Below are positions 21,839 to 32,094 of a DNA stretch of 64,000 nucleotides, piece by piece. Numbering within the stretch: position 1 is the stretch's first letter; each line of letters opens with the position of its first letter. The notes under the pieces were generated by a model. It was not told the origin of the DNA and ran no database searches. It worked only from the letters and a program-made list of their open reading frames with translations. Source of the stretch: an uncultured cyanobacterium (GTDB lineage Bacteria > Cyanobacteriota > Cyanobacteriia > Cyanobacteriales > Nostocaceae); contig OY970166.1 of assembly GCA_963706595.1 (NCBI GenBank), forward strand, positions 3,264,001-3,328,000, written 5' to 3'. The position numbers and the translations under genes were made by a program.

Positions 21839-22741
21839 TTAAATTTGCTCAGTAGATATAGATAATTGCAACTCCTCATACCTAGCGGTTTCACCCCGCA
21901 TTTCTCGATAGCAATGCAAAACTCTACGCGCTTGCTCTATTTGATGATTTTGAATATGTAAATTGGCAAGTCCGAGGTAGATATCGTAAAAGTAAGGATC
22001 GAGAAAATTCATAGGAAAATTTAGTAATTCTGGATTGCGACCAATGACTTTTTCCTTAGTACGCAGGTAGTCAACGAACATCTGCTCTTTATCTTGACAA
22101 ATACTATTTGGCGATTGCCGATAACGTGTTAAGGGTTGGTTTAAAAAGTAAATCGGGAATTTTTCAATCACACGCAGCCATAAATCATAATCTCCACAAA
22201 TTCTCACAGTTTCATCAAACAAACCCACTTGATCTAAACAGTCTCGACGCACAACAACCGTTAGGACTGGAATGTAGTTGTATCTAAAGAGAGTCCATAA
22301 TACCTGAAGATTAGGGGTAGGAAATTCTGTATTGTACGAACCTGGAAACAAACCCCGTTGATCAGAAAAAAAGAGTGCATCTGAATAGATCAAACCAATG
22401 CGTGGATTGGCTTCCAAGACGGAAATCTGTTTTTCTAACTTCTGAGGTTCCCAGAGGTCATCATCATCTAAAAAGGCGATATACTTCCCTTTAGCAGAGC
22501 GAATTCCAGCATTGCGAGCGGCAGATAATCCTTGATTGGTTTGATGAATGGCGGTAATGTGATGATGATCGCTAAATTGAGCGAGGACTTGGGGAGTATT
22601 GTCCTGAGAACCATCGTTGATGACAATAATTTCGTAGTCTTTGTAGGTTTGTGCCAAAACGCTGTTAATTGCCTGACTGACAAGATTGCCACGCTGGTAA
22701 GTAGGAATAATAACACTGACGGTTGGCTTAAAAACTTGCAT
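21839..22741 (-). CDS. GT2 family glycosyltransferase
   Basis: VSVIIPTY, INDGSQD, GLSAARNAG, FLDDDD, GDYDLW. Confidence 0.93.
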   Translation of the reverse strand: MQVFKPTVSVIIPTYQRGNLVSQAINSVLAQTYKDYEIIVINDGSQDNTPQVLAQFSDHHHITAIHQTNQGLSAARNAGIRSAKGKYIAFLDDDDLWEPQKLEKQISVLEANPRIGLIYSDALFFSDQRGLFPGSYNTEFPTPNLQVLWTLFRYNYIPVLTVVVRRDCLDQVGLFDETVRICGDYDLWLRVIEKFPIYFLNQPLTRYRQSPNSICQDKEQMFVDYLRTKEKVIGRNPELLNFPMNFLDPYFYDIYLGLANLHIQNHQIEQARRVLHCYREMRGETARYEELQLSISTEQI

Positions 22742-22793
22742 ATTAAAAAATTTCCTTAGTAAATATAGGCAGATATTCAAATTACTGGTGTTG

Positions 22794-23813
22794 CTAAACC
22801 AAAGTATGAATCAGGCGTAAGTTTTCTAAAATAACATCATAAATTTGCCCCAAATTTCCCAAATTATCAGGAAGTAATAACTCCCGCACAGGAACAGTTT
22901 TTGCCAATTGACCTAATTCTTGAAACTCCTGTCTACACTGTTGAGAAGAGAGGAAAGCACGCCCATAGGAATTGAACATTAGATGCTTCATTGCTTCAGG
23001 CAGAGAAAGAGAATTAATTATAGGTGCTGTGAGGTTTTGGTCACGTTCTGCTAATATGTACACAGCAAGTAGTGGCAAAGCTTGGGATTGAAACTGCCAC
23101 TGTTCGCTATCTTTTATTTGCAAATCTATAAAGCGTTTATCTAGATTTGTTGATACCAGTGATAACTCTTCTATTGAGCCGTGAATGGCATTTACAGAAT
23201 TAGGCCACAGGCGTAGACGAGGATACGCAGATTGTACCCAAAAACTTTTTTCATCAGGAATAAGTGCGGCAATATCATCTGCTAATACGGAGAATCCACG
23301 GATAGCCAACGCTGCTGCTGTGGTTGATTTACCTGCGCCTGATTGTCCTAAAATGGCGATCGCACTACCATCAACCGCAACCACGCTAGCATGAAGACAG
23401 GTCACTCCCCGCAGCCGTAACAGATGACCAAGTACACAACCCAGCAGCAAAGATACCGCATCTGTAAATAGTGCATCTCTAGACCAAAAACCCCAAACTT
23501 GACTACCATCAGGATTCAAGATGAATTCCAAGCAATCAACTCCATCACAAGACCTTATCCTCCAGTAAGTGCCGTCATCCCGGTGCGTCGTCCACAAATG
23601 GAAGCCTGTTTGTTGATACCACTCAAGCGGCACATTCCAAAAAGTTTGGTCGAGTAATGGCGGTTGACTCTGCTGTTCACCAACTAGGTGAATAGCAACA
23701 TCTATCGGTGCAGAACTGTTAACAGTAACTAACCCTGGGAGCAGTCGATTAATAGATAGGTTGAGTCCATAAAATTGATAGCAATAATTATCGTTTTTAA
23801 TTGACATTTGCAT
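22794..23813 (-). CDS. HPr-kinase-like lasso peptide kinase
   Basis: LHASVV, GQSGAGKSTT, LADDI, YPRLRLWP motifs; lasso-cluster context. Confidence 0.82.
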   Translation of the reverse strand: MQMSIKNDNYCYQFYGLNLSINRLLPGLVTVNSSAPIDVAIHLVGEQQSQPPLLDQTFWNVPLEWYQQTGFHLWTTHRDDGTYWRIRSCDGVDCLEFILNPDGSQVWGFWSRDALFTDAVSLLLGCVLGHLLRLRGVTCLHASVVAVDGSAIAILGQSGAGKSTTAAALAIRGFSVLADDIAALIPDEKSFWVQSAYPRLRLWPNSVNAIHGSIEELSLVSTNLDKRFIDLQIKDSEQWQFQSQALPLLAVYILAERDQNLTAPIINSLSLPEAMKHLMFNSYGRAFLSSQQCRQEFQELGQLAKTVPVRELLLPDNLGNLGQIYDVILENLRLIHTLV

Positions 23814-24009
23814 TTGTATTTATTTTTATCTGCAAACTCAGGAGTTTCAGAACCCCGATTTTTTGAGAAAGTTGGGGTTCTTTTGGCAAGGACTAACTTA
23901 CACACTTTATGTTCACAAAATGTTAAGGAAAAGGATAGGTAAAAAATCCCTTTTAGTCTAGATTTATAGGCACTTTTCTAACCACCTTTATTGGGTACTA
24001 CCAAAAAAA

Positions 24010-24132
24010 CTAAAAAGTGGTACTAACAAAACCACCGCTACCACCCACTTGTTGTGTCAAACCAGATATTTTTCCGTGAGCTTTCAATTCTGGTTGAGAA
24101 TATTTTTTTTTCGTGTTTTCAGATTGTGACAT
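24010..24132 (-). CDS. Lasso-type precursor peptide MSQSENTKKKYSQPELKAHGKISGLTQ|QVGGSGGFVSTTF (40 aa; not in the ORF track; possibly frameshifted)
   Basis: Translated by hand; canonical leader YxxPxLxxxGxxxxxT(-2); AGGA-like RBS upstream. Confidence 0.85.
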   Translation of the reverse strand: MSQSENTKKKYSQPELKAHGKISGLTQQVGGSGGFVSTTF

Positions 24133-24444
24133 TTGATCAATCCTTGTTGTTTGCGTTTTACTTGTTTGTAATTATCAGACTATAAAATATTACACTAATT
24201 CATCTCAATTGATTTATAAATTTCATGTAAAGTTATTACTATTTTCTGTGATCAAAAATTGCAACTAAAAATTGCCAAAGTCTATATTTACAGCTTTGTA
24301 AAAAATATTTTAATAAACAAAAATTCATATATTAATGTGATTTACATAAAAACTCTCCTCAACTATTATTCTTGCCTCTATCCTTTACAGTTAGCTATTT
24401 CGTGACTTATTGGTAAGTTCTAATCAAATTGAGTAATAGAAAAT

Positions 24445-25626
24445 TTAGGCAGAGACTACCTTAGTAGTAGATGCCAAATCTTCATATATTTGGAACATCC
24501 GTTTTTGTAAAATTGCTTCATCATATTCCTCGACAATAACTTGCCGTGCTTGTGCAAGATGTGCTTCTCGCTCTTGGGGAGGTTGATTGACAACTTTAAT
24601 CATTGCCTCTGCTAGAGCATCTGGGTTTTCCGGTTCTACCAAAGTACAAAATTCTTCAATAAAAGTGCCTCGATAAGCTGACAAATCACAGGTAATGACT
24701 GGGCGTTCACAGGCAACTGCTTCAATTAGTGTCGAAGGAAAGGCATCACTGACGGGATAATTGATAATCACATCTGCTAAGTTGTAGCCTGTAGGCATGA
24801 AGTTATAAGGTAGGGCGGGCATCCAGCGCAGATTATCTAATAACCCAAGTTCTTCGGCTTGTTTGCGGATGCTTTCGTAAATAACTACTGCGTCCTCTGC
24901 ACCGGCACGCCCTAGCTTTGAAAAGACGAGTACCGTCGGTTTAGTGAATTGAGGAAAAGCCTGTGCATAGGCTGTAAATATCTGCTCATGGTTGTACAGT
25001 TTAGACCAACCACGGGGCGAAAGCAGAATTGTGGCTTCTTCATCAATCTTCAATATTTCCCGTCGCCATTTTGGTAAATCCTTGGTGACTCCAGTACGAA
25101 AATGTTTAGGGTTTGTCCCTAAAGGAATTAATTCTACCCTTTGATGAGGGTTCAACAGTGCTTTGGATTTTTCTATCAAACTAGGTGTCTCTACAATCAG
25201 CACCCCAGTGTTCTTAAACACTTGGCTAATCCTATCGTTATGCTTGCTTTCTTCCCTTTCTGGTTGTAGTAAATGATTTAAAAAGCCCCAAGCAGAGAGG
25301 ACAAGAGGGCTGAGATTCGCCAGGACACAACACTGGGCGTGCCAACCAATGGCGTGGACATGGATAATATCAGGCTGGAATTCGTCTGCAAGTTTACGTA
25401 ACGGCTCTGCCATTTCCTCGGCCATCTGGTCTTCGTATGGGTAGGTGTTGGTAAACTCCTCTTGATACTTTCGCCAAACAGTGGGGAAATAGCGATAATT
25501 TTGGGGAGCTTCGGTTTCATAGGGGTCTACATCTCCTAGTAGCCAAACTTCATAACCTGCTTTTACGACCCAATCTAAGGGTCTTGTCAAGGCAACACCC
25601 CCAGCACCAATCATCAGTACACGCAT
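24445..25626 (-). CDS. GT4 family glycosyltransferase
   Basis: QPDIIHVH, D-AFPSTLIEAVACERPVI, LVEPENPDALAEA. Confidence 0.85.
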   Translation of the reverse strand: MRVLMIGAGGVALTRPLDWVVKAGYEVWLLGDVDPYETEAPQNYRYFPTVWRKYQEEFTNTYPYEDQMAEEMAEPLRKLADEFQPDIIHVHAIGWHAQCCVLANLSPLVLSAWGFLNHLLQPEREESKHNDRISQVFKNTGVLIVETPSLIEKSKALLNPHQRVELIPLGTNPKHFRTGVTKDLPKWRREILKIDEEATILLSPRGWSKLYNHEQIFTAYAQAFPQFTKPTVLVFSKLGRAGAEDAVVIYESIRKQAEELGLLDNLRWMPALPYNFMPTGYNLADVIINYPVSDAFPSTLIEAVACERPVITCDLSAYRGTFIEEFCTLVEPENPDALAEAMIKVVNQPPQEREAHLAQARQVIVEEYDEAILQKRMFQIYEDLASTTKVVSA

Positions 25627-25647
25627 AATTTGATTTTTTGCTTCAAG

Positions 25648-25938
25648 TTAAGAATCAGTAATTTCCACTAGTCCAACCTTAACCAATTTATCAATAAACT
25701 TGAGCAAGTCTTGTTTTAATTTCTCTGGCTCGACATCATACTCTTTTAGCAAGGTGTCGTAAGCTGTCTGGATAGAATCTGACTCAGTTAGCACAAAGAA
25801 TATTTTTGTACCTACCTCGTTTTGGCTAAAATATTCTTCGCTTTGCAGATTCAGTAAAACTGATTCCCCTGCTAAGTCTTGAGTGAGAACATTTGCAGGT
25901 AAGGATACTTTTTGATTAAAAACTATTTGTGTTGTCAT
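25648..25938 (-). CDS. PqqD family RiPP recognition element (lasso B1)
   Basis: GESVLLNL..EEYF..NEVG, L..EYDVEPEKLKQDL..F...L...GLV. Confidence 0.9.
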   Translation of the reverse strand: MTTQIVFNQKVSLPANVLTQDLAGESVLLNLQSEEYFSQNEVGTKIFFVLTESDSIQTAYDTLLKEYDVEPEKLKQDLLKFIDKLVKVGLVEITDS

Positions 25939-26119
25939 TTGTTAGGAAAAGTAATGGTTATGGTTGATTTCCAAAAGCCGCACACTCGTGACGAATAGTC
26001 ATGAGTTAGGCGATCCATATTCTGTTAGTAGGGGTGAAATGAGCATCCGTTCTGAAATTTACGCTAAGGACTTGATGAGTCACAATATTCAAAGATACTC
26101 ATATTATCAATTTTCGCCA

Positions 26120-26557
26120 ATGCCCACTAAACATCCAAATACTAAAACTCTGATCACAGCTTGTGACTGGCCAATTGAGCAATTACCTGGATTAAGTCAA
26201 GAAGAACAAGCCAAACTGCAAAATTGTGGAATTAAAACCACCAAAGAGTTAATTAAACACGGAAACACTGCGGAAACGAGGGTAAATTTAGCAAAAAAAT
26301 TACAAGTTAATCTGCAATATGTCAATAAATGGATCGCCTTAGCCGATTTAGCGCGTATTCCTGGTATAGGAATGCAATATTCCGGCTTATTACTGCATTC
26401 TGGTATTGCTTCTGTGGCACAACTAGCTCAAACACCTACCCATAGATTACATAAACAAATTATGCGCCTACAGGTATCAACAACGCAGCGACGAGACTTG
26501 TGTCCCACCATTGATGTAGTAGAACAATGGAGTCAACAAGCAAAACAAATCACCTAA
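26120..26557 (+). CDS. DUF4332-like helix-hairpin-helix protein
   Basis: IEQLPGL, WIALADLARIPGIG..YSGLLLHSGI. Confidence 0.75.
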   Translation: MPTKHPNTKTLITACDWPIEQLPGLSQEEQAKLQNCGIKTTKELIKHGNTAETRVNLAKKLQVNLQYVNKWIALADLARIPGIGMQYSGLLLHSGIASVAQLAQTPTHRLHKQIMRLQVSTTQRRDLCPTIDVVEQWSQQAKQIT

Positions 26558-26598
26558 AACGCCTTCATCCGCGTTCATCTGCGTTTATCGGCGTTCAA

Positions 26599-27213
26599 TT
26601 ATTCTTTAGCCAACACACCATTGAGAAAGATATCAGCTAATCCTTCAGCCATTTGCTGCATTTCTTGAGGTGAAGCGTCTGGAGCCATGAGGGTATTATT
26701 AGAAAATCCGGCGATCGCAAACATTCCCAAAAACACCTTAGCGACTAATTTAGCATCAGTTTGGCGATAAATACCCTTATCCATCGCAGATTGAAAGAAA
26801 GCTTCAGCCACATCAGTCATTTTACCAATGACTTCTTCTTGAATGCGATCGCGCAAATCTGGATGAAACTGCACCTCCATAAAACAAACCTTCATTAAAT
26901 CTACATTTTTGTGTAAATTCCACATCCGACGACGCATGACTTGAGCGATCGCCTTATAACTGCCCATTTCACTCAACTCTGTGAGCAAATCTGTTAAGAT
27001 GTCCACCCAGCCACTAGTAGCTACTTCCACTAAAATAGATTTTTTATTGGAAAAATGACGAAACAAAGTGCCTTCAGCCACATTTGCAGCTTGGGCTAAA
27101 TCGCGGGTGGTAGTGCCATCAAATCCCTTAGAAGCAAATAACTTCTGTGCCGCCTGTAAAATGCGGGTACGTGTTTGTGCTTCTGAAGGTGGAGGTGAAT
27201 TAAAAACTCGCAT
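26599..27213 (-). CDS. TetR/AcrR family transcriptional regulator
   Basis: ILQAAQKLFASKGFDGTTTRDLAQAANVAEGTLFRHF HTH. Confidence 0.93.
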   Translation of the reverse strand: MRVFNSPPPSEAQTRTRILQAAQKLFASKGFDGTTTRDLAQAANVAEGTLFRHFSNKKSILVEVATSGWVDILTDLLTELSEMGSYKAIAQVMRRRMWNLHKNVDLMKVCFMEVQFHPDLRDRIQEEVIGKMTDVAEAFFQSAMDKGIYRQTDAKLVAKVFLGMFAIAGFSNNTLMAPDASPQEMQQMAEGLADIFLNGVLAKE

Positions 27214-27420
27214 ATAAATTATTGTGTGATCTTCGGAACGCGACTTGTATCATTATTGTCTAACGTTCAGGTACAAAAAGCGCAGAAAGCTTAATACAAG
27301 GTTAATTACAGTCTAAAAAAGATTCCGGCTCCCTCTCCTTGCTAAGGAGAGGGTTGGGGTGAGGTTTTAGCTCCCACAGGATATTTATCAGATAATGGAA
27401 CTTTAATTTTATTGTCGCTT

Positions 27421-29025
27421 ATGAATCAACCCAATTATTCAACGATCAGATTGCGCCAGCTCGTGACCATTTTGATGGTACTCGTAATTTGCTGGTCGGG
27501 GTTACTTCCAGACATAGCTCTGGCACAAACTCAAACTGCAAATCCTCTCCAAAGAATTCGGCAATTTCGTCAAACTCCACCAAAGCCAAATTCGATTCAA
27601 CCGTATTTAGATCGGGTAATTGAGCAATTAACGGAGTTTCGCCTAGAAAATGGGTTGAAATTCATCGTCTTGGAACGGCATCAAGCCCCTGTAGTTTCGT
27701 TTCTGACTTACGCTGATGTGGGTGGTGTGGATGAGCCAGAAGGACAAACTGGTGTAGCCCACTTTCTAGAGCATTTAGCATTTAAAGGCACGACGCGCAT
27801 CGGCACAAAAGACTACGAAGCCGAAAAACTGTTACTCGACCGCTTAGAACAATTAGATGCTCAAATTAGAACCGCAAAAGCCGATGGTAAACAAGATGAT
27901 GCGACTCAATTGCAAACTGAATTTAAGCAAGTAGAGTCCCAAGCAGATGCACTAGTTAGACAGAATGAACTGGGGCAAATTGTCAACCAATCCGGCGGTG
28001 TAGGTTTAAATGCTACTACTTCAGCAGAAGCAACTAAGTATTTTTACAGTTTCCCTGCAAATAAGTTGAAGCTATGGATGTCATTGGAATCAGAGCGATT
28101 TTTAGAGCCTGTGGTGCGGCGCGAGTTTTACAAAGAAAAAGATGTGATTTTAGAAGAACGGCGGATGCGGGTAGATAATTCGCCTATCGGGATGATGGTG
28201 GAGAATTTTGTGGCTACTGCTTTCACCGTCCATCCCTACAAACGACCGGTGATTGGTTATGAAGAAGATATCCGCAATCTCACACCGGAAAATGTCCAAA
28301 ACTTTTTTGATGCTCACTATGTACCGAGTAATTTAACCATTGCTATTGTTGGAGATGTTGATCCGGCGGAAGTGAAAAGACTGGCAAAAATTTATTTTGG
28401 CCGCTATCGAGATCAACCACAAGCAAAGTCCAGTATTCCGGCTGAACCACCACAAACGCAAACACGAGAATTTACTTTAGAACTAGCTTCTCAGCCTTGG
28501 TATTTGGAAGGCTATCACCGCCCATCAGTTAGCCATCCCGATAATGCAGCGTATGAAATGATTGGTGGTTTATTAAGTAATGGGCGCACGTCGCGTTTGT
28601 ATAAATCTTTGGTAGAGCAGCAGCGTTTAGCATTAAATGCTCAGGGTTTTAGTGGCTTTCCTGGGGATAAATACCCAAATTTGATGTTATTTTACGCTCT
28701 CACTGCTCCTGGTAACACAGTGGATGAAGTAGCAGTAGCTTTGCGACAAGAAATCGACAAATTGAAAGTTGAACCTGTGGCGGCGGCTGATTTGCAACGG
28801 GTGAAAACCCAAGCACGGGCGAGTTTGTTACGTAGCCTTAATTCCAATATGGGGATGGCGCAGCAGTTATTGGAAGCAGAGGTGAAAACTGGTTCTTGGC
28901 GGAATTTGTTTAAACAATTAGATGAGATTTCGCAAGTGACAACAGCTGATATTCAACGGGTGGCGAAGGCGACTTTTACACCGGAGAATCGCACAATTGG
29001 CAAGTTGTTGTCGAAACAAGGATAA
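27421..29025 (+). CDS. M16 family zinc peptidase (active subunit)
   Basis: HFLEH inverzincin motif, LNATTS, EERR; signal peptide. Confidence 0.92.
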   Translation: MNQPNYSTIRLRQLVTILMVLVICWSGLLPDIALAQTQTANPLQRIRQFRQTPPKPNSIQPYLDRVIEQLTEFRLENGLKFIVLERHQAPVVSFLTYADVGGVDEPEGQTGVAHFLEHLAFKGTTRIGTKDYEAEKLLLDRLEQLDAQIRTAKADGKQDDATQLQTEFKQVESQADALVRQNELGQIVNQSGGVGLNATTSAEATKYFYSFPANKLKLWMSLESERFLEPVVRREFYKEKDVILEERRMRVDNSPIGMMVENFVATAFTVHPYKRPVIGYEEDIRNLTPENVQNFFDAHYVPSNLTIAIVGDVDPAEVKRLAKIYFGRYRDQPQAKSSIPAEPPQTQTREFTLELASQPWYLEGYHRPSVSHPDNAAYEMIGGLLSNGRTSRLYKSLVEQQRLALNAQGFSGFPGDKYPNLMLFYALTAPGNTVDEVAVALRQEIDKLKVEPVAAADLQRVKTQARASLLRSLNSNMGMAQQLLEAEVKTGSWRNLFKQLDEISQVTTADIQRVAKATFTPENRTIGKLLSKQG

Positions 29026-29029
29026 GACA

Positions 29030-30577
29030 ATGAACCGCACAGACACAGAGGACAGGTCAAGCAAAAGGCAGATGGGATTAAGAATGTTCAATTTAAAATT
29101 GAGGTTGGGTAAGAGTAAGGGACTATTTTATAGTTTGATTCTGGCTGTTGCCTGTTTATTGGTCAGTTTTAACTTTTCTTTGGCGGCGACGGCGGCGGCG
29201 AAGCATTATACTGAGTTGGAACTTGCGCCGTTACCTGAGATTAAGTTGCCTAAAAATGAGCGCTTTGTTCTCAAAAACGGTTTGGTTGTGTATTTGATGG
29301 AGGATCACGATCTGCCGTTGGTGAATGGTACGGCTTTGATTCGCACAGGCGATCGCTTAGAACCAGCTGATAAAATCGGGTTGGCTGGTTTTACGGGTGC
29401 GGTGATGCGGACTGGGGGAACTCAGAAGCATTCGGCTGATCAAATCAATCAGATTTTGGAACAACGCGCTGCTAGTGTGGAAACTGCAATTGGTGAAGCT
29501 TCCGGTAGTGCTGGTTTTGAGTCTCTGACTGAAGATTTAGAAACAGTGTTTGATTTGTTTGCCGAGGTACTAAGAGAGCCTGTATTTGACCAAAAACAGT
29601 TAGATTTAGCAAAAACTCAGGCTAGGGGTGGTATTGCCCGTCGTAACGATGATCCAGACGATATTGCTAGCCGGGAATTTCAGAAATTAATTTATGGTCA
29701 AGATAGCCCCTATGCTCGCACACCTGAGTATGCGACGCTGGATAATATTTCTCGTGAGGATTTAGTTCAGTTTTACCAGGAATATTTTCATCCCAATCAG
29801 ATGATTTTGGGAATTGTGGGGGATTTTGAACCGCAAAAAATGCGATCGCTCATTCAAGCTAAGTTTGGTGATTGGGAACGTTCCCCTCAAATGACTCAGC
29901 CCCAATTATCCGAGGTAAAGCCAGCGAATACAGGTGGTGTATTTTTTGTCAATCAACCACAACTAACTCAGAGTAGTGTATTGATGGGGCATATCGGCGG
30001 TAAGTTTGACAATCCTGATTATGCCGCCTTGGATGTCTTGAATGGGGTATTAAATGGATTTGGTGGACGCTTATTAAATGAAGTGCGATCGCGCCAAGGA
30101 TTAGCATACTCTGTATATGGTTACTGGAGTCCTCGCTTCGATTATCCAGGAATGTTTATCGCCGGCGGACAAACGCGATCGGATGCTACAGTCCAGTTTG
30201 TCCAAGCCTTACAGACTGAAATCAAGCGTATCCAAGCCCAACCTGTTACCGCCCAGGAACTAGCTTATGCCAAAGAGTCTACCCTCAACTCCTTTGTCTT
30301 CAACTTCCAAGACCCCGCTCAAACTTTATCACGGTTGATGCGATACGAATATTACGGCTATCCGGCTGATTTCTTATTTCGCTATCAAAAAGCCGTAGCC
30401 GCCACAACAGAAGCTGATGTGCAACGGGTAGCGCGAGAATACCTCAAACCAGAAAAACTGGTGACTCTAGTCGTGGGGAATCAGACCGCCATACAACCGC
30501 CATTAACACAGTTAGCTGCATCAGTAACGCCCATAGATGTGACAATTCCAGGTTCACAAACACAGGCGCAAAATTAA
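29030..30577 (+). CDS. M16 family peptidase (non-catalytic partner subunit); start uncertain
   Basis: LKNGL, EDHDLP, RL..EVRSRQGLAYSV; lacks HxxEH. Confidence 0.88.
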   Translation: MNRTDTEDRSSKRQMGLRMFNLKLRLGKSKGLFYSLILAVACLLVSFNFSLAATAAAKHYTELELAPLPEIKLPKNERFVLKNGLVVYLMEDHDLPLVNGTALIRTGDRLEPADKIGLAGFTGAVMRTGGTQKHSADQINQILEQRAASVETAIGEASGSAGFESLTEDLETVFDLFAEVLREPVFDQKQLDLAKTQARGGIARRNDDPDDIASREFQKLIYGQDSPYARTPEYATLDNISREDLVQFYQEYFHPNQMILGIVGDFEPQKMRSLIQAKFGDWERSPQMTQPQLSEVKPANTGGVFFVNQPQLTQSSVLMGHIGGKFDNPDYAALDVLNGVLNGFGGRLLNEVRSRQGLAYSVYGYWSPRFDYPGMFIAGGQTRSDATVQFVQALQTEIKRIQAQPVTAQELAYAKESTLNSFVFNFQDPAQTLSRLMRYEYYGYPADFLFRYQKAVAATTEADVQRVAREYLKPEKLVTLVVGNQTAIQPPLTQLAASVTPIDVTIPGSQTQAQN

Positions 30578-30826
30578 AACTTACCTAGAGACGCGATTCA
30601 TCGCGTCTCTATTCCCATGAAAAGACTCAATATAAAAACTGTTAATACTATAAAAAAAATCTCTTTTAAAGACACAATTACTTGAGATTTGTCTAGAAAA
30701 TCACCAAAATTCTATTGACTTTTCTTAATCAAATTGCCAAATATAAAGAATAGATTATAATTTTGCAGCATAATCTTTTTGCAAGTCTTACTGAGTTTCA
30801 CTGTAAGTATTTCAGGAGTTAATTAC

Positions 30827-31087
30827 ATGGCTAGGATAGAAATTGATGACTTGTACCCTAGTAATCATCAACAGCTTCTCAATGAAATAACAGACAGGGA
30901 AATGCAGACAGTGGAGGGACGAGAAGGAAACACAGTCAGCACAGGAATCAATGACCTGAATGAACAATCTTTAGCCAATACATTAGAGCAAAATATCGAT
31001 AATCTTCTTTTTCACCTGAGAAACCAAATGGGTGTAGTGATTTTTGGTGCTAGAAATCAATTTAATCAAGGATTCAATTCTTTTTAA
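30827..31087 (+). CDS. Divergent precursor-like small protein (MARIEIDDLYP...VEGR)
   Basis: AGGAG RBS; leader resembles array leaders (MA.I.i.eL.P....lLnEitD....v.G). Confidence 0.55.
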   Translation: MARIEIDDLYPSNHQQLLNEITDREMQTVEGREGNTVSTGINDLNEQSLANTLEQNIDNLLFHLRNQMGVVIFGARNQFNQGFNSF

Positions 31088-31356
31088 TTAATTTTGATAT
31101 TCAAATAACCATCCATTTTGCGTTTAAATTTATTTAAATTTTGAAAATTTCTGATAAAAATCAATAGCCACGATAGCAATATTCAATGGTTTGCAAACAC
31201 CGCGAGGCTCAGATCCCCGACTTCTTGAAGAAGTCGGGGATTTTTATTTATTGAAAACTCTGGTTTCTTCAAGACACTGGGCTTTTGAAGTCTCACAATA
31301 TATTCCAGCGACTATTAAATCTACATTTTGTATGTTGCAATTATTCAAAGAAGTGT

Positions 31357-31462
31357 TATGGCGGTATGTACTTCAATGAAGTACATCATAGCCCCCTCCT
31401 CGCTTGCGGGGAGGGGGTTGGGGGTGGGGTTCTTGTATCTCACTTAACTGATAACCGCTATA
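31357..31462. mobile_element. MITE-like element with short terminal inverted repeats TATGGCGGT/ACCGCTATA enclosing a GC-rich palindrome
   Basis: Inverted ends visible; internal part matches 10510-10588. Confidence 0.6.
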
Positions 31463-31663
31463 GTCTCAATTCAAAAACATGATTTGTCAAATAAAACTGA
31501 TATTTTCAGAAAGACACAACTCTTGAATATATGTCTTTTTTAGGACGAATTTAACCTTGACTTTCTAGTTTTCAATCAATAAAAATGACAGTATCAGTTA
31601 AGCAAACACAGCTTGATTGCTTACCGATTTCATTTACCAGCGACAAATGCTTGAGGAGCTAAT

Positions 31664-31921
31664 ATGGCAAACATCAAATTGTCTAAGCTAAATGCTACTG
31701 GTTCTGAGTTATTCCTAGATTCTGAGAGTTTTCTCAATGAATTGAACGATGTCGATTCAATTACTGGTGGTAGTACCTCTGGTCAAGGTTACAACCAAGG
31801 CCACGGCTATGAAGGATTCAGTGGTATTTCAACACTAACTAAATTAGCCGAGGCATTTGTCACAGTCTATGCGATTGGTCATGTTACCGAGCTAGCCAAG
31901 TCATTCAGCCACGGATACTAA
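31664..31921 (+). CDS. Double-glycine RiPP precursor 1
   Basis: Leader MANIKLSKL.ATGSELF.DSESFLNEL.DVDSITGG; conserved core helix TLTKLAEAFVTVYAIGHVT.LAKSFS; GAGGAG RBS. Confidence 0.85.
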   Translation: MANIKLSKLNATGSELFLDSESFLNELNDVDSITGGSTSGQGYNQGHGYEGFSGISTLTKLAEAFVTVYAIGHVTELAKSFSHGY

Positions 31922-32094
31922 TGGCTTCAGGTAACTAGTAAGCTATCAGGCTCTTGCGGATTAGAGCTAATAAGTAATCTATGTGATTAACATGGACTTT
32001 CTTAATTATCAATAATCCCTGAGAGCCAACCAGCTTAAACAATTTTCTGTAAACTTGCTTAATTGCGACAAGACAAGACTGTTAGGAGTAAATC

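Noticed and set aside
27421..30577. M16 peptidase pair as part of the RiPP cluster
   Set aside because: Looks like the common cyanobacterial M16 heterodimer, and the C39 domain already explains leader removal; only adjacency supports a link
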